Of a stretch of DNA of 64,000 bases, positions 32,506 through 51,478 are shown piece by piece. This DNA comes from the human T2T-CHM13v2.0 reference genome, Homo sapiens. Positions within the stretch are counted from its first letter, which is position 1; every line of letters starts with the position of its first letter. The DNA lies in contig CP086569.2 of the NCBI GenBank assembly GCA_009914755.4, positions 2,560,001 to 2,624,000 of the forward strand, given 5' to 3'. Both the position numbers and the translations under genes were made by a program. A model generated the notes under the pieces. The model was not told the DNA's origin. It searched no databases and saw nothing but the letters and a program-made list of their open reading frames with translations.

Positions 32506-32797
32506 GGTTGGGCGTGGTGGCTCACGCTTGTAATCCCAGCACTTTGGGAGGCTGAGAGGGGGGCATCGCGAGATCAGGAGATCGAGACCATCCTGGCTAA
32601 CACCGTGAAACCCCATCTCTACTAAATATAAAAAAAATTAGCCGGGCGTGGCAGCGTGGGCTTGTAGTCCCAGCTACTTGGGAGGCTCAGGCAGGAGAAT
32701 GGCGTGAACCCGGGAGGTGGAGCTTGCAGTGAGCTGAGATCAGCGCCACTGCACTCCAGCCTGGGCAACTAAGCGAGACTCTGTCTCAGAAAAAAAA
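32506..32797 (+). mobile_element. AluY-like
   Basis: GGTTGGGCGTGGTGGCTCACGCTTGTAATCCCAGCACTTTGGGAGGCTGAG... with an A-tail. Confidence 0.95.
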
Positions 32798-33329
32798 AAA
32801 AAAAGATTGATATTCATAATGTGTAAAATGTGTCTACAAAAAAAGGAGAAGGAAGAGCAACTCCAAAAAAAACAAACAAACAAAAAAAAAAAAAACAAGA
32901 ACAACAACAACAAAGCAACAGGTTGTTCCAAGGAAATTTTCAGAAAAGAAAAATTGCATAGCTAATATACCACAAAGAAATTATAAAATTAAAACAATGT
33001 TAGCATTTCACAGTTCCTGGGTTGACAGACATAAACAGTATCAAGAGTTGGTTGGCTAAGGAGCAGGGAATGGAGAACACTCTTCTTGCTTGAAAGAATG
33101 ACTCCTGGTATACTGGGCATATTATGGTAAAATAATGTAAAAACCATTAGTAAATGGTTTTTACTAATGTAAACCCATTAGTTTTATGGCTTAATGAAAC
33201 AGGACAAATTATTTTATAAAACTGATATATATAATCATATTTTAATAAACATAGACATAGACCCTACAAGCTTTGAAACTTGAGAACGTTTAATTTGTCT
33301 TATCTGAATTCCTTTCTCAGAAAACTAAC

Positions 33330-34795
33330 CATCTGGCCTCCCAGGTTTCAGACACATAGTTTGTGAAGATTTTTCTCCCACTCTGTGTGTTGTCTGTTTT
33401 CTCTATTGATTATTTCTTTTGCATTGCAGAGGAGCTTTTTAGTTTAATTAGGTTACATCTATTTATTTTTGTTTTTTTAAATTATTTGTATTGAGTTTGC
33501 TTTTGTGTTCTTGGTCATGAACTCTTTGCCTAAGCCAATGTCTAGAAGGGTTTTTCCAATGTTATCTTCTAGAATTTTTATGGTTTTATGTTTTAGATTT
33601 AAGGCTTTGATTCATCTTCAGTTGACTTTTGTGTAAGGGGAGAGTTGAGGATCCAGTTTCATTCTTCCACATGTGGCTTACCAGTTATCCCAGCACCATT
33701 TATTTAATATGGTGTCTTTTTCCTTCCTATGTTTTTGTTTCCTTTGTGGAAGATCAGTTGGCTGAAAATATTTGGCTTTATTTCTGGGTTCTCTATTTTT
33801 TCCATTGGTCTTTGTGCCTGTATTTATACCAATACCGAGACAGCCAGGGGGTAGGGAGTCCCTGGAGAAACGCCAACCAGTCTGCCCACTGAAGTGGGGG
33901 GAGGCTCTGGGAGCTCATCACGTTTACAGCTGGGAGGAACCTGGCTCCTCGTCTTCTAGGAGGGGAATCTGGCCTTGTGAAAGATCCCTGTTTCCCTTTA
34001 TTTTCCCCTTTCACCCAATAAAACCCTCCATTATTCACCCTTTAAACCACCTGTCAACCCAAATTTCTGTGGCTGTGGGATGGACAGGAAACCAGTCTTT
34101 AGCTGAACTAATGAAAAGTCCTGCAACAATACCATAGCTGTTTTGGTAATTATAGCCTTGTAGTATAGTTTGAAGTTGGGTACTGTGACACCTCCAGATT
34201 TGTTCTTTTTGCTTAGTGTTGCTTTAGCTATGAGGGCTCTTTTTTGTTTCCATATGAATTTTAGGATTGTTTTTTTCTAGTTCTGTGAGGAAAGATAGTG
34301 GTATTTTGATGGGAATTGCATCAAAAATTTGTATATTGCTTTGATACTATACTCATTTTCACAATATTGATTCTACCCATCCAGGAGCATGGAATGTGTT
34401 TCCATTTGTTTGTGTTATCGTCTGTGATTTTTTTCAGCAGTGTATTGTAGTTTTCCTTGTAGAGATCTTTCACATCCTTGGTTAGGTATATTTCTAAGTA
34501 TTTTAACTTATTTTTTGGCAGCTGTCATAAAAGTGATTGAGTTATTGATTTGAATCTTAGCTTGGTCATTGTTGGTGTGTGCACTGTGTGCATTGATTTT
34601 GTATCATGAAACTTTACTGAATTCATTTATTGGATCTAGGAGCTTTTTGGATGAGTCTTTAGGGTTTTCTAGGTATACAATCATATCATCACTGAACAGT
34701 GACAGTTTGACTTTCTATGTATTGATTTGGATGCCCTTTGTTTCTTTCTGTTGTTTGATTGGCTAATACCTATTCACTTTCCCACAGTGGTTTGA
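33330..34795 (-). mobile_element. Older L1 antisense (ORF2 region), split by a 290-bp foreign insert at 33837-34126
   Basis: L1 antisense runs such as ...CATTTATTTAATATGGTGTCTTTTTCC... and ...CTGTTTTGGTAATTATAGCCTTGTAGTATAGTTTGAAGTTGGGTA.... The break is between CCAATACC and ATAGCTGTTTTGG. Confidence 0.75.
33837..34126. mobile_element. Unclassified 290-bp insertion inside the old L1, flanked by a 7-bp direct repeat CAATACC (33830-33836 and 34127-34133)
   Basis: L1 collinearity is interrupted exactly here and the flanks are duplicated. The insert has no polyA, contains AATAAA, and is not recognisable as Alu, L1 or THE1. Confidence 0.5.
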
Positions 34796-34964
34796 AATTC
34801 TGGAGGCAGCAACTACTAAACATCAAATTACAGTATTTTAACTTGTTAAATGCTAGAGAGAACTGCAGTAGACATTCTGCATTGTAAATATTCTATTAAC
34901 TACTATTCGTGCTGTTAAGTTACAGAGTTTTGACTTCTGGGTCTGAAAAAGGCAGCTACTTCCT

Positions 34965-34997
34965 TTTATTATTATTATTATTATCATTATTATTATT
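34965..34997. repeat. (ATT)n-type degenerate tail (the reverse-complement poly-A tail of the adjacent L1)
   Basis: ttattattattattattatcattattattatta. Confidence 0.85.
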
Positions 34998-37020
<2,023 letters not shown>

Positions 37021-37267
37021 ACTAATCAATCAAAATGCACGGTTCTTGTGAAACAGAGGTCCAGAAATCAAAACTATTCAATCCATATAGGCCCAGGGAC
37101 TATTGTGGAAGATGGATGATTCTGATTCTTTGAATTATCTGAAAATTAGTTGAGAGATTTTCTATATATTAAACATTAATGTCAAAAGCACACTGATGTA
37201 AGTCCAGGACCTGGTCCTCTGTGTCAGAATAACAGGGTTTTCTTGGAGCATTGATCTGCTCTTTAAT

Positions 37268-37282
37268 AAAAAATTGTAAATG
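37268..37282. repeat. Target-site duplication of the twin-primed L1 insertion: the left copy AAAAAATTGTAAATG (the right copy is at 42294-42308)
   Basis: Identical 15-mers flank the whole 5-kb L1 (…CTCTTTAATAAAAAATTGTAAATG|GTTCTGG… and …AATAATAAAAAAATTGTAAATG|ATTATTAAAGG…). Confidence 0.85.
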
Positions 37283-38967
37283 GTTCTGGTACGTTGTGTC
37301 TTTGTTCTATTGGTTTCAAAGAACATCTTTATTTCTGCTTTTATTTTCTTATTTACCTAGTAGTCATTCAGGGTTCAGTTTCCACGTAGTTGTGTGGTTT
37401 GAGTGAGTTTCTTAATCCTGAGTTCTAATTTGATTGCACTGTGATCTGACAGACTGTTATGATTTCCATTCTTTTTCATTTCCTGAGGAGTGTTTTACTT
37501 CCAATTATGTGATCAATTTTAGAATAAGTGTGATGTGGTGCTGAGAAAAATGTATATTTTGTTGATTTGGGGTGGAGAGTTCTGTAGATGTTTATTAGGT
37601 CTGCTTGGTCCAGAGTGAGTTCAAGTCCTGGATATCCTTGTTAATTTTCTGCCTCATTGATCTGTCTAATATTGACAGTGGGATGTTAAAGTCTCCCACT
37701 ATTATTGTGTGGGAGCCTAAGTCTCTTTGTAGGTCTTAAGAACTTGCTTTATGAATCGGGGTGTTCCTATATTGGGTGCATAAATATTTATAATACTTAG
37801 CTCTTCTTGTAGCATGGATTCCTTTACCATGATGTAATGCCCTTTGTCTTTTTTGATCTTTGTTGGCTTAAAGTCTGTTTTATCAGAGACTAGGATTGGA
37901 ACCCCTGCTTTTTTTTGCTGTCCATTTGTTTGGTAAATATTCCTCCATCCCTTTATTTTGAGCCTATGTGTGTCTTTGCATGTGAGATGGGTCTCCTGAA
38001 TACAGCACACTGATGGGTCTTGACTCTTTATTCAATTTGCCAGTCTGTGTCTTTTAATTGGGGCATTTAGCCCATTTACATTTAAGGTTAATATTGTCAT
38101 GTGTGAATTTGATCCTGTCATTATGATGCCAGCTGGCTATTTTGCCTGTTAGTTGATGCAGTTTCTTCACAGTGTCGATGGTCTTTACAATCTAGCATGT
38201 TTTTGCAGTGGCTGGTACCGATTGTTTCTTTCCATGTTTAGCGTTTCCTTCAGGAGCTTGTTTAAGGCAGGCCTGGTGGTGACAAAATCTCTCAGCATTT
38301 GCTTGTCTGTAAAGGATTTTATTTCTCCTTCACGTATGAAGCTTAGTTTGGTTGGATATGAAATTCTGGGTTGAAAATTATTTTCTTCAAGAATGTTCAA
38401 TATTGGCCTCCACTGTCTTTTGGCTTGTAGGGTTTCTGCCAAGAGATCCACTGTTAGCCTGATCAGCTTCCCTTTGTGGGTAACCCAACATTTCTCTCTG
38501 ACTGCCCTTAACATTTTCCCCTTCATTTCAACCTTGGTGAATCTGATGATTGTGTGTCTTTGGGTTGCTCTTCTCGAGGAATATCTTTGTGATGTTCTCT
38601 GTGTTTCCTGAATTTGAATGTTGGCCTGTCTTGCTCAGTGGGGGGAGTTTTCCTGGATCATATCCTGAAGAGTGTTTTCCAGCTTGGTTCCATTCTCCCT
38701 GTCACTTTTAGGTACATCAATCAAATGTAGGTTTGGTTTTTTAACATAGTCCCATATTTCTTGGAGGCTTTGTGTGTTTCATTTCACTCTTTTTTCTCTA
38801 ATCTTGTCCTTTCACTTTATTTCATTAAATTGATCTACAATTTCTGATATCTATTCTTCTGCTTGTTTGATTTGGCTATTGGTACTTGTGTATGCTTCAC
38901 GAAATTCTTGTGCTGTGTTTTTCAGCTTCATCAGGTCATTTATGTTCTTCTCTAAACTGGTTATTCT
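37283..38967 (-). mobile_element. Inverted 5' segment of a twin-primed L1 insertion, covering ORF1 from about aa 70 to its end, the inter-ORF spacer, and the ORF2 endonuclease domain to about aa 270
   Basis: The - strand translations ...NINDLMKLKNTAQEFREAY..., MKGKMLRAVREKCWVTHKGKLIRLTVDLLAETLQAKRQWRPILNILEENNFQPRISYPTKLSFIREGEIKSFTDKQMLRDFVTTRPALNKLLKETLNMERNNRYQPLQKHARL (ORF1 C-terminus), and ...CCIQETHLTCKDTHRLKIKGWRNIYQTNGQQKKAGVPILVSDKTDFKPTKIKKDKGHYIMVKES... (ORF2 EN) match L1. Confidence 0.9.
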
Positions 38968-42293
<3,326 letters not shown>

Positions 42294-42407
42294 AAAAAAT
42301 TGTAAATGATTATTAAAGGCTTATGAAATATTTACCTTATAATAATCTAATTTAAAAAAATATGGTGTCAGTCAATTCTAACTATTCACTATTTCCTTAT
42401 AGCAATT

Positions 42408-42665
42408 GACTTCAGAGTTCCATTAAACCTCTTTTTCTTTATAAATTGCCCAGTCTCAGGTATGTGTTTATCAGCAGCAAGAAAATGGACATACAAAAAC
42501 CATCAGATCTTGTGATACTCACTCATTTTCATGAAAACAGTATGGGGAAAATCTCATGATCCATTCACTTTTCACTGTGTCCCTCCCACAGCAGGTGGGG
42601 ATTATAGGGATTACAATTTGAGGTTACAATGTGACACAGGGGACACAGCAAAATCATATCAAATA
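42408..42665 (+). mobile_element. MaLR (THE1/MST-type) fragment: the LTR 3' end plus the beginning of the internal region
   Basis: CATTAAACCTCTTTTTCTTTATAAATTGCCCAGTCTCAGGTATGTGTTTATCAGCAGCAAGAAAATGGAC, followed by internal-like ...CACTGTGTCCCTCCCACAGCAGGTGGGGATTATAGGGATTACAATTTGAGGT... Confidence 0.8.
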
Positions 42666-42774
42666 GATTTGTTTATAAGGGTTTATTAAAATAGTTTAAT
42701 AATACAACAGAAAAAGGTAAAATTTGGTTTTCTCTTTTGAAATTATTTTTTCTTTTCCTTTTTTTTAGGATCTC

Positions 42775-43055
42775 AGTTTGGCTTTCAGGCTGTAGAGCAT
42801 TGGTGTGATTGCAGGTTACTGCAGCCTCAACCTTCCAGGTTCAGATGATACCTCCACGTCAGCCCCCTGAGTAGCTGCAACTACAGGCATGAACCACCAC
42901 ACCCAGCTATTTTTTCTGTTTTTTGGTAGAGATAGGGTTTTCCTATGTTGCCCAGACTGGTCTCAAACTCCTGGGCTCAAGTGATCTGCCTGTTTCAATC
43001 TCCCAAAATGCTGAGATTATAGGCATGAGCCACTGTGCCTGGCCTGAACAGAATT
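42775..43055 (-). mobile_element. Old Alu (J-like)
   Basis: ...GGTTCAGATGATACCTCCACGTCAGCCCCCTGAGTAGCTGCAACTACAGGCATGAACCACCACACCCAGC... is the reverse complement of an Alu. Confidence 0.85.
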
Positions 43056-43324
43056 TGTGTGTAATATTAATTAGAAATGGTCCTGCTATTATGTATCTTT
43101 GGTGGAAGTAAGGGGCTGGAGAGAGAAAGATTGTGTTTCAGAAGAAAACTATAGTATTAATTTCACCTTTGATTCCCAGTTGGCCAAGAGGCCACCATCA
43201 TATGGAGCTACCGAAAATGCCCCTTCTCAGCATTGTGAAAGGAAAATATCTTGGGTCCCTTCAAGGTAGTAACTACTCAGGGCAAATCTGCTTCCCATTA
43301 TATTCAAAGTCATCCTTCTGATCA

Positions 43325-44040
43325 CTGAGTTAGATGCATATCTGATTGCCTCCTTTGGATAGGCTTCTCAGAAACTCAAAAGAATACAACCATTTGTCTC
43401 TCACCTACCTGTAACATGGAAGCCCCCTCCCTGCTTTGAGTTGTCCCTGCCCTTCTGGATGGAACCAATGTACTTCTTACATATATTGACTGATGTCTTA
43501 TTTCTCCCTGAAATGTATCAAACCAGGCTGTGCCCCAAACACCTTGGCCACATGTCATGAGGACATCCTGAGGCTATGTCATGGGTGTGTATCCTCAACT
43601 TTGGCAAATATACCTCCTTGAACTTGGAAAGTTTTAAAGTGTGTCTTATCAGAGTTCCTTTCTCAGGCAGCCCACCATCAGGCCTCCCATGTAGTATCAA
43701 GGAACTAAAACATAACTAGATTACTCCATTGGGATAATGAGATGCCAGACCCCTCACCCATTGCAATTGCATAACTGACCACTTGCTTCCTGTTGACCAA
43801 ATCATCTTCTTTACACCTCCATAATTTCTGTTTTTCTGCATGTGTTTATATTTTTTCCCTGCTATATAAACCTTTGACTTTAGTTGCTTGGCACGATGGA
43901 TTTGAGACTGAGCTCCTATCTTGTTGCCTGCAGCACCTGATTAAGCTTCTTCCCTATAAATATTTCTTGTTTTAGTAAATGGCTTCCTTTTCAGTGAGCA
44001 GCAGGACCTAGACTGAACCCCTGGCATTTTGGTAACATTA
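43325..44040. mobile_element. LTR-like block, unclassified (possibly an ERV1/MaLR-type LTR)
   Basis: The sequence is LTR-like with TATAAA motifs (…CTGCTATATAAACCTTTGAC…, …CCCTATAAATATTTCTTG…). It is not a SINE/LINE and is contiguous with the THE1 LTR that follows. Confidence 0.3.
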
Positions 44041-44045
44041 ATCAT

Positions 44046-44428
44046 TGATATGGTTTAGCTATGTCCCCATCCAAATCTCATCTTGAATTATATAGTTCCC
44101 ATAATCCCCACATGTTGTGGGAGTGGCCTGGTGGGAGGTAACTGAATCATGGGAGCAGTTACCTGCTTGCTGCTTTTCTCATGATAGTGCATGAGTTCTC
44201 ATGAGATCTAATGGTTTTATATGGGGCTTTTCCCCCTTTTGCTTGGAACTTCTCCTCACTGCTGCCATGTAAAGAATGATGTGTTTGCTTACCCTTCCAC
44301 CATGATTGTAAATTTCCTGAGGCCTCCCTAGCCATTTTGAAATGTGAGTCAGGAAAGCCTCTTTTCTTTATAAATTACCCAGTCTCAGGTGTGTCTTTAT
44401 TAGCAACATGAGAATGGACTAATAACAA
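44046..44428 (+). mobile_element. MaLR THE1/MST-type solo LTR, essentially full length
   Basis: TGATATGGTTTAGCTATGTCCCCATCCAAATCTCATCTTGAATTATA...CCATGATTGTAAATTTCCTGAGGCCTCCC...TCTTTATAAATTACCCAGTCTCAGGTGTGTCTTTATTAGCAACATGAGAATGGACTAATA matches the THE1 consensus pattern. Confidence 0.9.
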
Positions 44429-44645
44429 TCCTCAGTGGAAAAGCTATTTTAGATCTGGACAAAGAGGATTTTACAAGAGTGTGCTAATGTTTTTCAAAAT
44501 GTGCTTGGTGTTGGGGAAAACTATTGATACGTGAGCCCTAAAATCAGTTCCTACAAGTAGGGCCCAGAAATCTCCATTTTTTAAAAAAGATGTTTCTCTG
44601 GAAATTTAAGAACTATAGCTGTTTTCTGAAATATAAGTGGTCTGA

Positions 44646-44975
<330 letters not shown>

Positions 44976-46254
44976 GTTTTTAAAATAAGTGGTATTGCAT
45001 TGGTCCACATAAACATGAAGGAAGCAAGTAGTGTCTATAGAGCTTGTTCCTCAACAAAAATACTTGCGAATGTGAAGGTAAACTTTTCTTTTTGTATTTG
45101 TCTTTGTTTGTCTTTCAAACCTGTGAAGTATTTTGAATATACACACATGGAGAATTACTCCACATATCCATCACTCAGCTTCTATAACTGTTACAACATA
45201 GACAAATCTTATTTCATGTATACCTTTCACCTATTTCACGATCCACTCATGATCCTCCCTCAACTTCACAGTTTTTTGAAGCAAATTTCTGAAATATCAT
45301 TTCCTGTAAAAATATTTTGATGGCATATCTTTAAAAGATAGGAATTCTTTTTTAAGGGTATAATTACATAATCATGTCAAAATAAACATTAACAAAAGCA
45401 TTCAAATTCAACATATTAACAAGAATATGTAGGTATATAATAATATATATATTTGTATTGTATCTGTATATCATAATAGATGTATATTCATGTATATCTG
45501 TATATATAGGCATATTAAGAGTTTATATATTTCAAAGTCATAGTTTTTATAGTTATTTTTCTGGATCAGGATTAAAATAAATCTTATATAATTGTTTAAT
45601 ATGCCTTTTAAGCATCTTCTAATTTATTGATTTTCCCCTCCATTTTTATCTCATATTTTTTATTTAATAAAGAAAAGTCATTTGTCCAGTAGAGTTTCTC
45701 GCCCTCTGAATTGTGTTAATCTATTCCTGTAAAACACTCCCCACCACCATGGCTTTACATGTTTCTCTAAGCCCCTAAATTTATTGTAAATTAGTGGTTA
45801 AATCTAGAGGATTGATTGTGTACAAGACTGCTTTGGGGGAGTTAGGAAACAAATTACTTTATAGATCTTATTGTGCATATCCTTCATAGGGCACATATCT
45901 AATTGTCTTCTAGTAGTCACTGATAATCATTGCTTTAGATTAATTTAGGTACTAGGGCTTGCAAAATGGTGGTATTCTCCTATTGTCTATCCTTTATGAA
46001 TTACTTGGAGTACACTTGTTTTTTGTATTTGACGTTTTTATTTTAGGCTGTAAAAACAAAAACAAGCCAAACAAGCCAGCAAGCAAACAAGAAGAAGAAA
46101 ACAACAACAACACAAACCTTGAAATAGACTTGTCAGATGTAAATATTTCTTTTCTAGGGAAATAGAAGGTAGGCCATCTTACTTTACTGATGCTTGCTCT
46201 CTGTGAGGTTTTGATCCTGCTTTGGATTTTTGTTTTGTTGTTGTTGTTATTGTT

Positions 46255-46556
46255 GTTTTTTTTGAGACAGGATCTTACTCTGTCAGACAAGGCTGAGTGC
46301 AGTGACATAATCATGGCTCACTGCAGCCTTAACCTCTTAGACTCAGGTGATTGACCTTCCTCAGCCTCCCAAGTAGCTGAGACTTCAGGTGTGCACCACT
46401 ATACCTGGCTAATTTTTGTATTTTTTGGTAGAGATGGGATTTTACCAGGGTGATCTTTGGTCAGGGTGGTCTCTAACTCCTGGCCTCAAGTGATATGCCT
46501 GTTTCAGCCTCCTAAAGTGTTGGATTACAGGTGTGAGCCACCATACCCAGCCTGGA
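46255..46556 (-). mobile_element. Alu inserted in the acidic C-terminal region of the NAP1L1 pseudogene
   Basis: A T/G-rich tail (reverse complement) followed by GAGACAGGATCTTACTCTGTCAGACAAGGCTGAGTGCAGTGACATAATCATGGCTCACTGCAGCC...CCATACCCAGCCTGG. Confidence 0.9.
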
Positions 46557-47547
46557 TAATTTTTCTCATCTCTTTTTGTTTCCTCTTTATCATCCATTTC
46601 TTCACTTTCTTCATCATAATCATCATCATCTTCAACACTTGCTCCAGTAAAGTGTAACACTGATTTTGGGATTATACACCATTTTCACAGTCTGCAGCAA
46701 ATACAGCTTCAGCAGCATCATCCAGAACTGCATTCTCAGAACTTCAGGCAGGCAGAAAAAAATTAAAGTCATCAGAAACTGTTTTATTCCCATTAGAAAC
46801 TGTCCCACATTCCTTGTGTTTCTGCTTCTTAAAGGTTTTTATTCCTTTTTTCCCAGTCCATCTGGCACCCTGTAGAACCCATAATTTCTGGCCTATCAAA
46901 AGAAAAATGATGAGAGTCTTCTGATTTTGACTTCATACTATATGTCTTTGTCAACACTTCATTTGTGAAATATTCAGGGTTCAAAGTGAAATTCTAAGAC
47001 AAAACTCATAGGTTGGCCAGCATCTGAGAACTTCACCTTAACATCTTTGAAGTGCTTCAGAATAGGTTCATCATGTTCCTGAACTATATCATTGAGCAAG
47101 TCCAAAATTTAGGAATTCCTTTGGGGTCTTTGTTTTCTTCATCCATTTTTTCATGATCAACCTTGGCCTTTCTTTCAGCTTTGAATTTCAGCTGAAATTT
47201 TGTCTTCTTTATCTCCTTTCAATTCACATTTTTCTTCCATAGTTCATAAATTGCATTAATAACATCAAATCACGTATCAAATAGAGGCTGAGAGGGAGTA
47301 GCATACTTCCTTTCAGGATCATAAACTTCCTCATGGAATTTGGCCTCTGTCTGTGCACATTTAAGTTGCAGGTTTTTGAGAGCATTGACTCATCTTTAAC
47401 TACCTTAGGCAATCATTCAATATATCTTGTTGATCTTTCTACCAAACCATCAAGTCTTTCTCTAAAGCCTGTAAGAATCTGAGGATTTTCCATCATCTGA
47501 ACAAATCTGCTTTGATTTTTTTCTCTTCACCAGTTTCTTTTCTTTTC

Positions 47548-48252
<705 letters not shown>

Positions 48253-48518
48253 CCCAAATCTTGTCCAAGATCAGACTCTTCTTTGTTGTCAATGTCTGCC
48301 ATGTAAGAACTCCGAATATCTGAAATGCAATCCCTCATTTCTGTTACAGTTCTTTCGGTGGATGAAAATGGCATATTTGTGCATTCTCTGGACATGCTAT
48401 AACAAGGACACTCCTTGTAACTATTGTTACATATTAACTCAAAAATTCTTTCTCAAAGTGTGGTCTGAGGGTCCTCAGACCCTTACAGGGGAATTTCGAA
48501 ACTATTTCCAGGCCGGCC

Positions 48519-48916
<398 letters not shown>

Positions 48917-49649
48917 CTACATGACATGTGATAAGAAAACAGACTGAAAAAGGGAATACATCTATAAAGAGAAAATTGCTATCACTGTTTTTGGTTGGGA
49001 AAAACATTTGTATGAGATAAACATGTTATTCTTTTCATAATCAGACATTCTTCTCACAAGTGTTGGTTCTCTACCATTCCTCAAAGGTGATAATTTTTTG
49101 AAATATGTTATTGTGGATTCATGATTTTGGATATATCCAATGGGTTTAAGTGCATTGCAATAAAATGGTATTTTGATACTCATCATTAGCCAGTACAAGC
49201 CTCTTCAAACTGGATCACAACGTTTTTTGACACACCCTAGTAATGATGTATTTTGCATGTGAGAAATAAGATGCATTTTGAGCGACCAGAGGGTAGAGTA
49301 TTTTGGGCTGAAATGTGTCCTTCCCCAGATTATAACTCCAAGTACCTCCAACTGTGCCTGCATTTGCAGAGAGGTAATTAAGGTAAAATGAGGTCATATG
49401 GGTGAACTCTAATCCAATATGACTAGTGTCCTTACAAGAGAGTCAGACATAGACACAGAGCGAAGATCAGGTGAAGATAGTGATAAGGCTGCCATCACTA
49501 AAAGCCAAGTAGAAAGGCCTTGGAATAAATCAAACTTGTCAATACTTTGATCTTGGACTTGGGGCTCTGAAATTGTGAGAAAATGAATTTTCTTTTGGTT
49601 AAACCACTCAGTGTGGTATTTTCTTATGGCCTCCATAGCAGCCTAATAC

Positions 49650-49755
49650 ACTTAGTTCTATAAAACTTTTTGAGAAGTTTTAGATACGATGTCTTTAAAT
49701 TTTGGTTCCATAAAGCTTTTTGAGACATTTTAGATAACATGCTTTTACATTTTGG
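49650..49755. repeat. Local tandem duplication: two roughly 50-bp units of the form ATAAA(A/G)CTTTTTGAGA(A/C)(G/A)TTTTAGATA…TTT(A/T)(A/C)ATTTTGGT
   Basis: direct reading; a second small duplication CAATTGTAGCTACTTTA x2 lies at 49927-49963. Confidence 0.7.
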
Positions 49756-50579
49756 TGTATGAATTAATTCTATACTATTGAAGTGTCTCTGTTTTCTCAA
49801 AAACTAGTATAATCTTTTTTTGTAAATTCCTTCTTAGTGATGGGAAGTAAAATTCTTTTTTTTATTTTTCTGCTTCATCTTCTTTTGGAAAAAGATATAA
49901 AGACCTTGTACTGTGTCTTGCTTATGCAATTGTAGCTACTTTACGCAATTGTAGCTACTTTATTAAAACCTCGATCTTTGTGAGCTGGTTAGTTACTTTC
50001 AAAGCTGAGACACATTAGCAACTGTGAACAACAGGTACATTTTATCAGTAATAAAAGTTTATTTGCTTTGCAGCCAGTTATTTTGTATTCACAATATACT
50101 TTTGAAATATTATCTCATCATTGTCCCTATATAAATTTTCCCTCTGTTGTGTTTCTTTGAGAAGGTAAAAAGATGTAAATATAGTTGACTTCATCTGTAG
50201 TCATTTATAATCTTTCTTGGACTGTAATAAAGACTTTTCTTATATGACAACTAAAATTAGACCATCCTTTCCTTGTCTCTCACCAAAAGTTAACATTATG
50301 AATGAAAAGTAATGTCAAAAGCTGTTTAGTTTATCTGAACTACCTCTGATCTTTCAGATTAGGAAACATCTTTTTTCCTTTATATTCCTTAGCTGTTCTT
50401 TCTGAAGTGCTTTATATATTGGTAATTTTTTATAATAATACTAGGATTTTTGATAAGCATGTAAGTATTAACAATAATGTTTACTTTGTTTTTTGTGTTC
50501 TGACCATGTTGCTTACAGTTGACATGAGACCCCATTCTTGACATACCATAAGGACATTAAATGAAGGCCTTTGGAAAAT

Positions 50580-51478
50580 ATTTGATTTACAGCTGTAATC
50601 CCAGTGCTTTGGGAGGCCATGGCTGTTACACTGAACTAGAGAGTTCAAGGCTGAGTGAGCTACGAAGGTGCCACTGCACTCCAGCCTGCGTGGCAGAGCC
50701 AGGTACCATCTCTAAAAACTTGAACGTTATCAGTATTTTGAAATTATGTTAATTACATATGAAATTAGGCTAGTTTTTTTTACTGAAAAACATAATGTAA
50801 AAATACTTTTCTTTCCTCAAAATACATTGTCTTAACTTGATGAAAATTTCTCAAACAAGATTTTATTTATTTAAATACAAGATCTTGCTCTGTCATAAAG
50901 GCTGGAGTGTGGTATCACAATCATAGCCCAAACAAATGGGCTTAAGCCTCCCATAGCTGGGACTACAGGCGTGTTCCACCACACCCAGCACTTTTCAATT
51001 TTTTTGTACAGATGGATCGCCCTATTTTCCAGGCTTGTCTCCAACTATCAGTTGAGCACAAGCTGATTTTATCTCAGCCTTCCAAAGTGTTTTGGAATTA
51101 CAGGGGTGAGCCGCCTCTCATTTATCATTTTTGAAACAAAAGGTAACGACTTGAGAAAACAAGGTCAAACCAATGGTTTGAAAAGAGAATTGCTATCCAG
51201 CACTTAACTCATTATATCAACTATGTACCACTGGTTTTCCTTTCGTAAAGCATTTTATGATTTTTAGGTTTCTCAGTTAAGGACAAGATGATTTCTGAGT
51301 TTTAAAAATAGGTATGCTAGAAAACTGAAATACCTGGCCTCTACATTTAGAGATTACCGGCTCTGGCCCACAGGCTGCAGTGCAGTGGCTTGATCACAGC
51401 TGTCCGCCTGTATCTGCTGGCCTCAAGCGATACTCCAGCCTTGTCCTCCCAAAGCGCTCAGAGGTGAGCGACCGCGAT
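50580..51478. mobile_element. Three old Alu fragments: 50580-50715 +, 50875-51118 - (J-like), 51360-51478 -
   Basis: Degraded Alu motifs (…TGTAATCCCAGTGCTTTGGGAGGCC…, …GGGACTACAGGCGTGTTCCACCACACCCAGC…, …TGCAGTGCAGTGGCTTGATCACAGCTG…). Confidence 0.7.

Larger units (their letters stand above)
28910..33000 (+). mobile_element. Ancient L1 (L1M-like) from the ORF1-ORF2 region, heavily degraded. It is interrupted at about 29900-30600 and by the Alu at 32506-32797.
   Basis: The repeated L1 ORF2-like translations QKINKEI..LN..LD...DIYR, LSDHSGISLEI, ...FYEASI..IPKPD..., and ...HDQM.YIPGM... are collinear. Confidence 0.6.
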
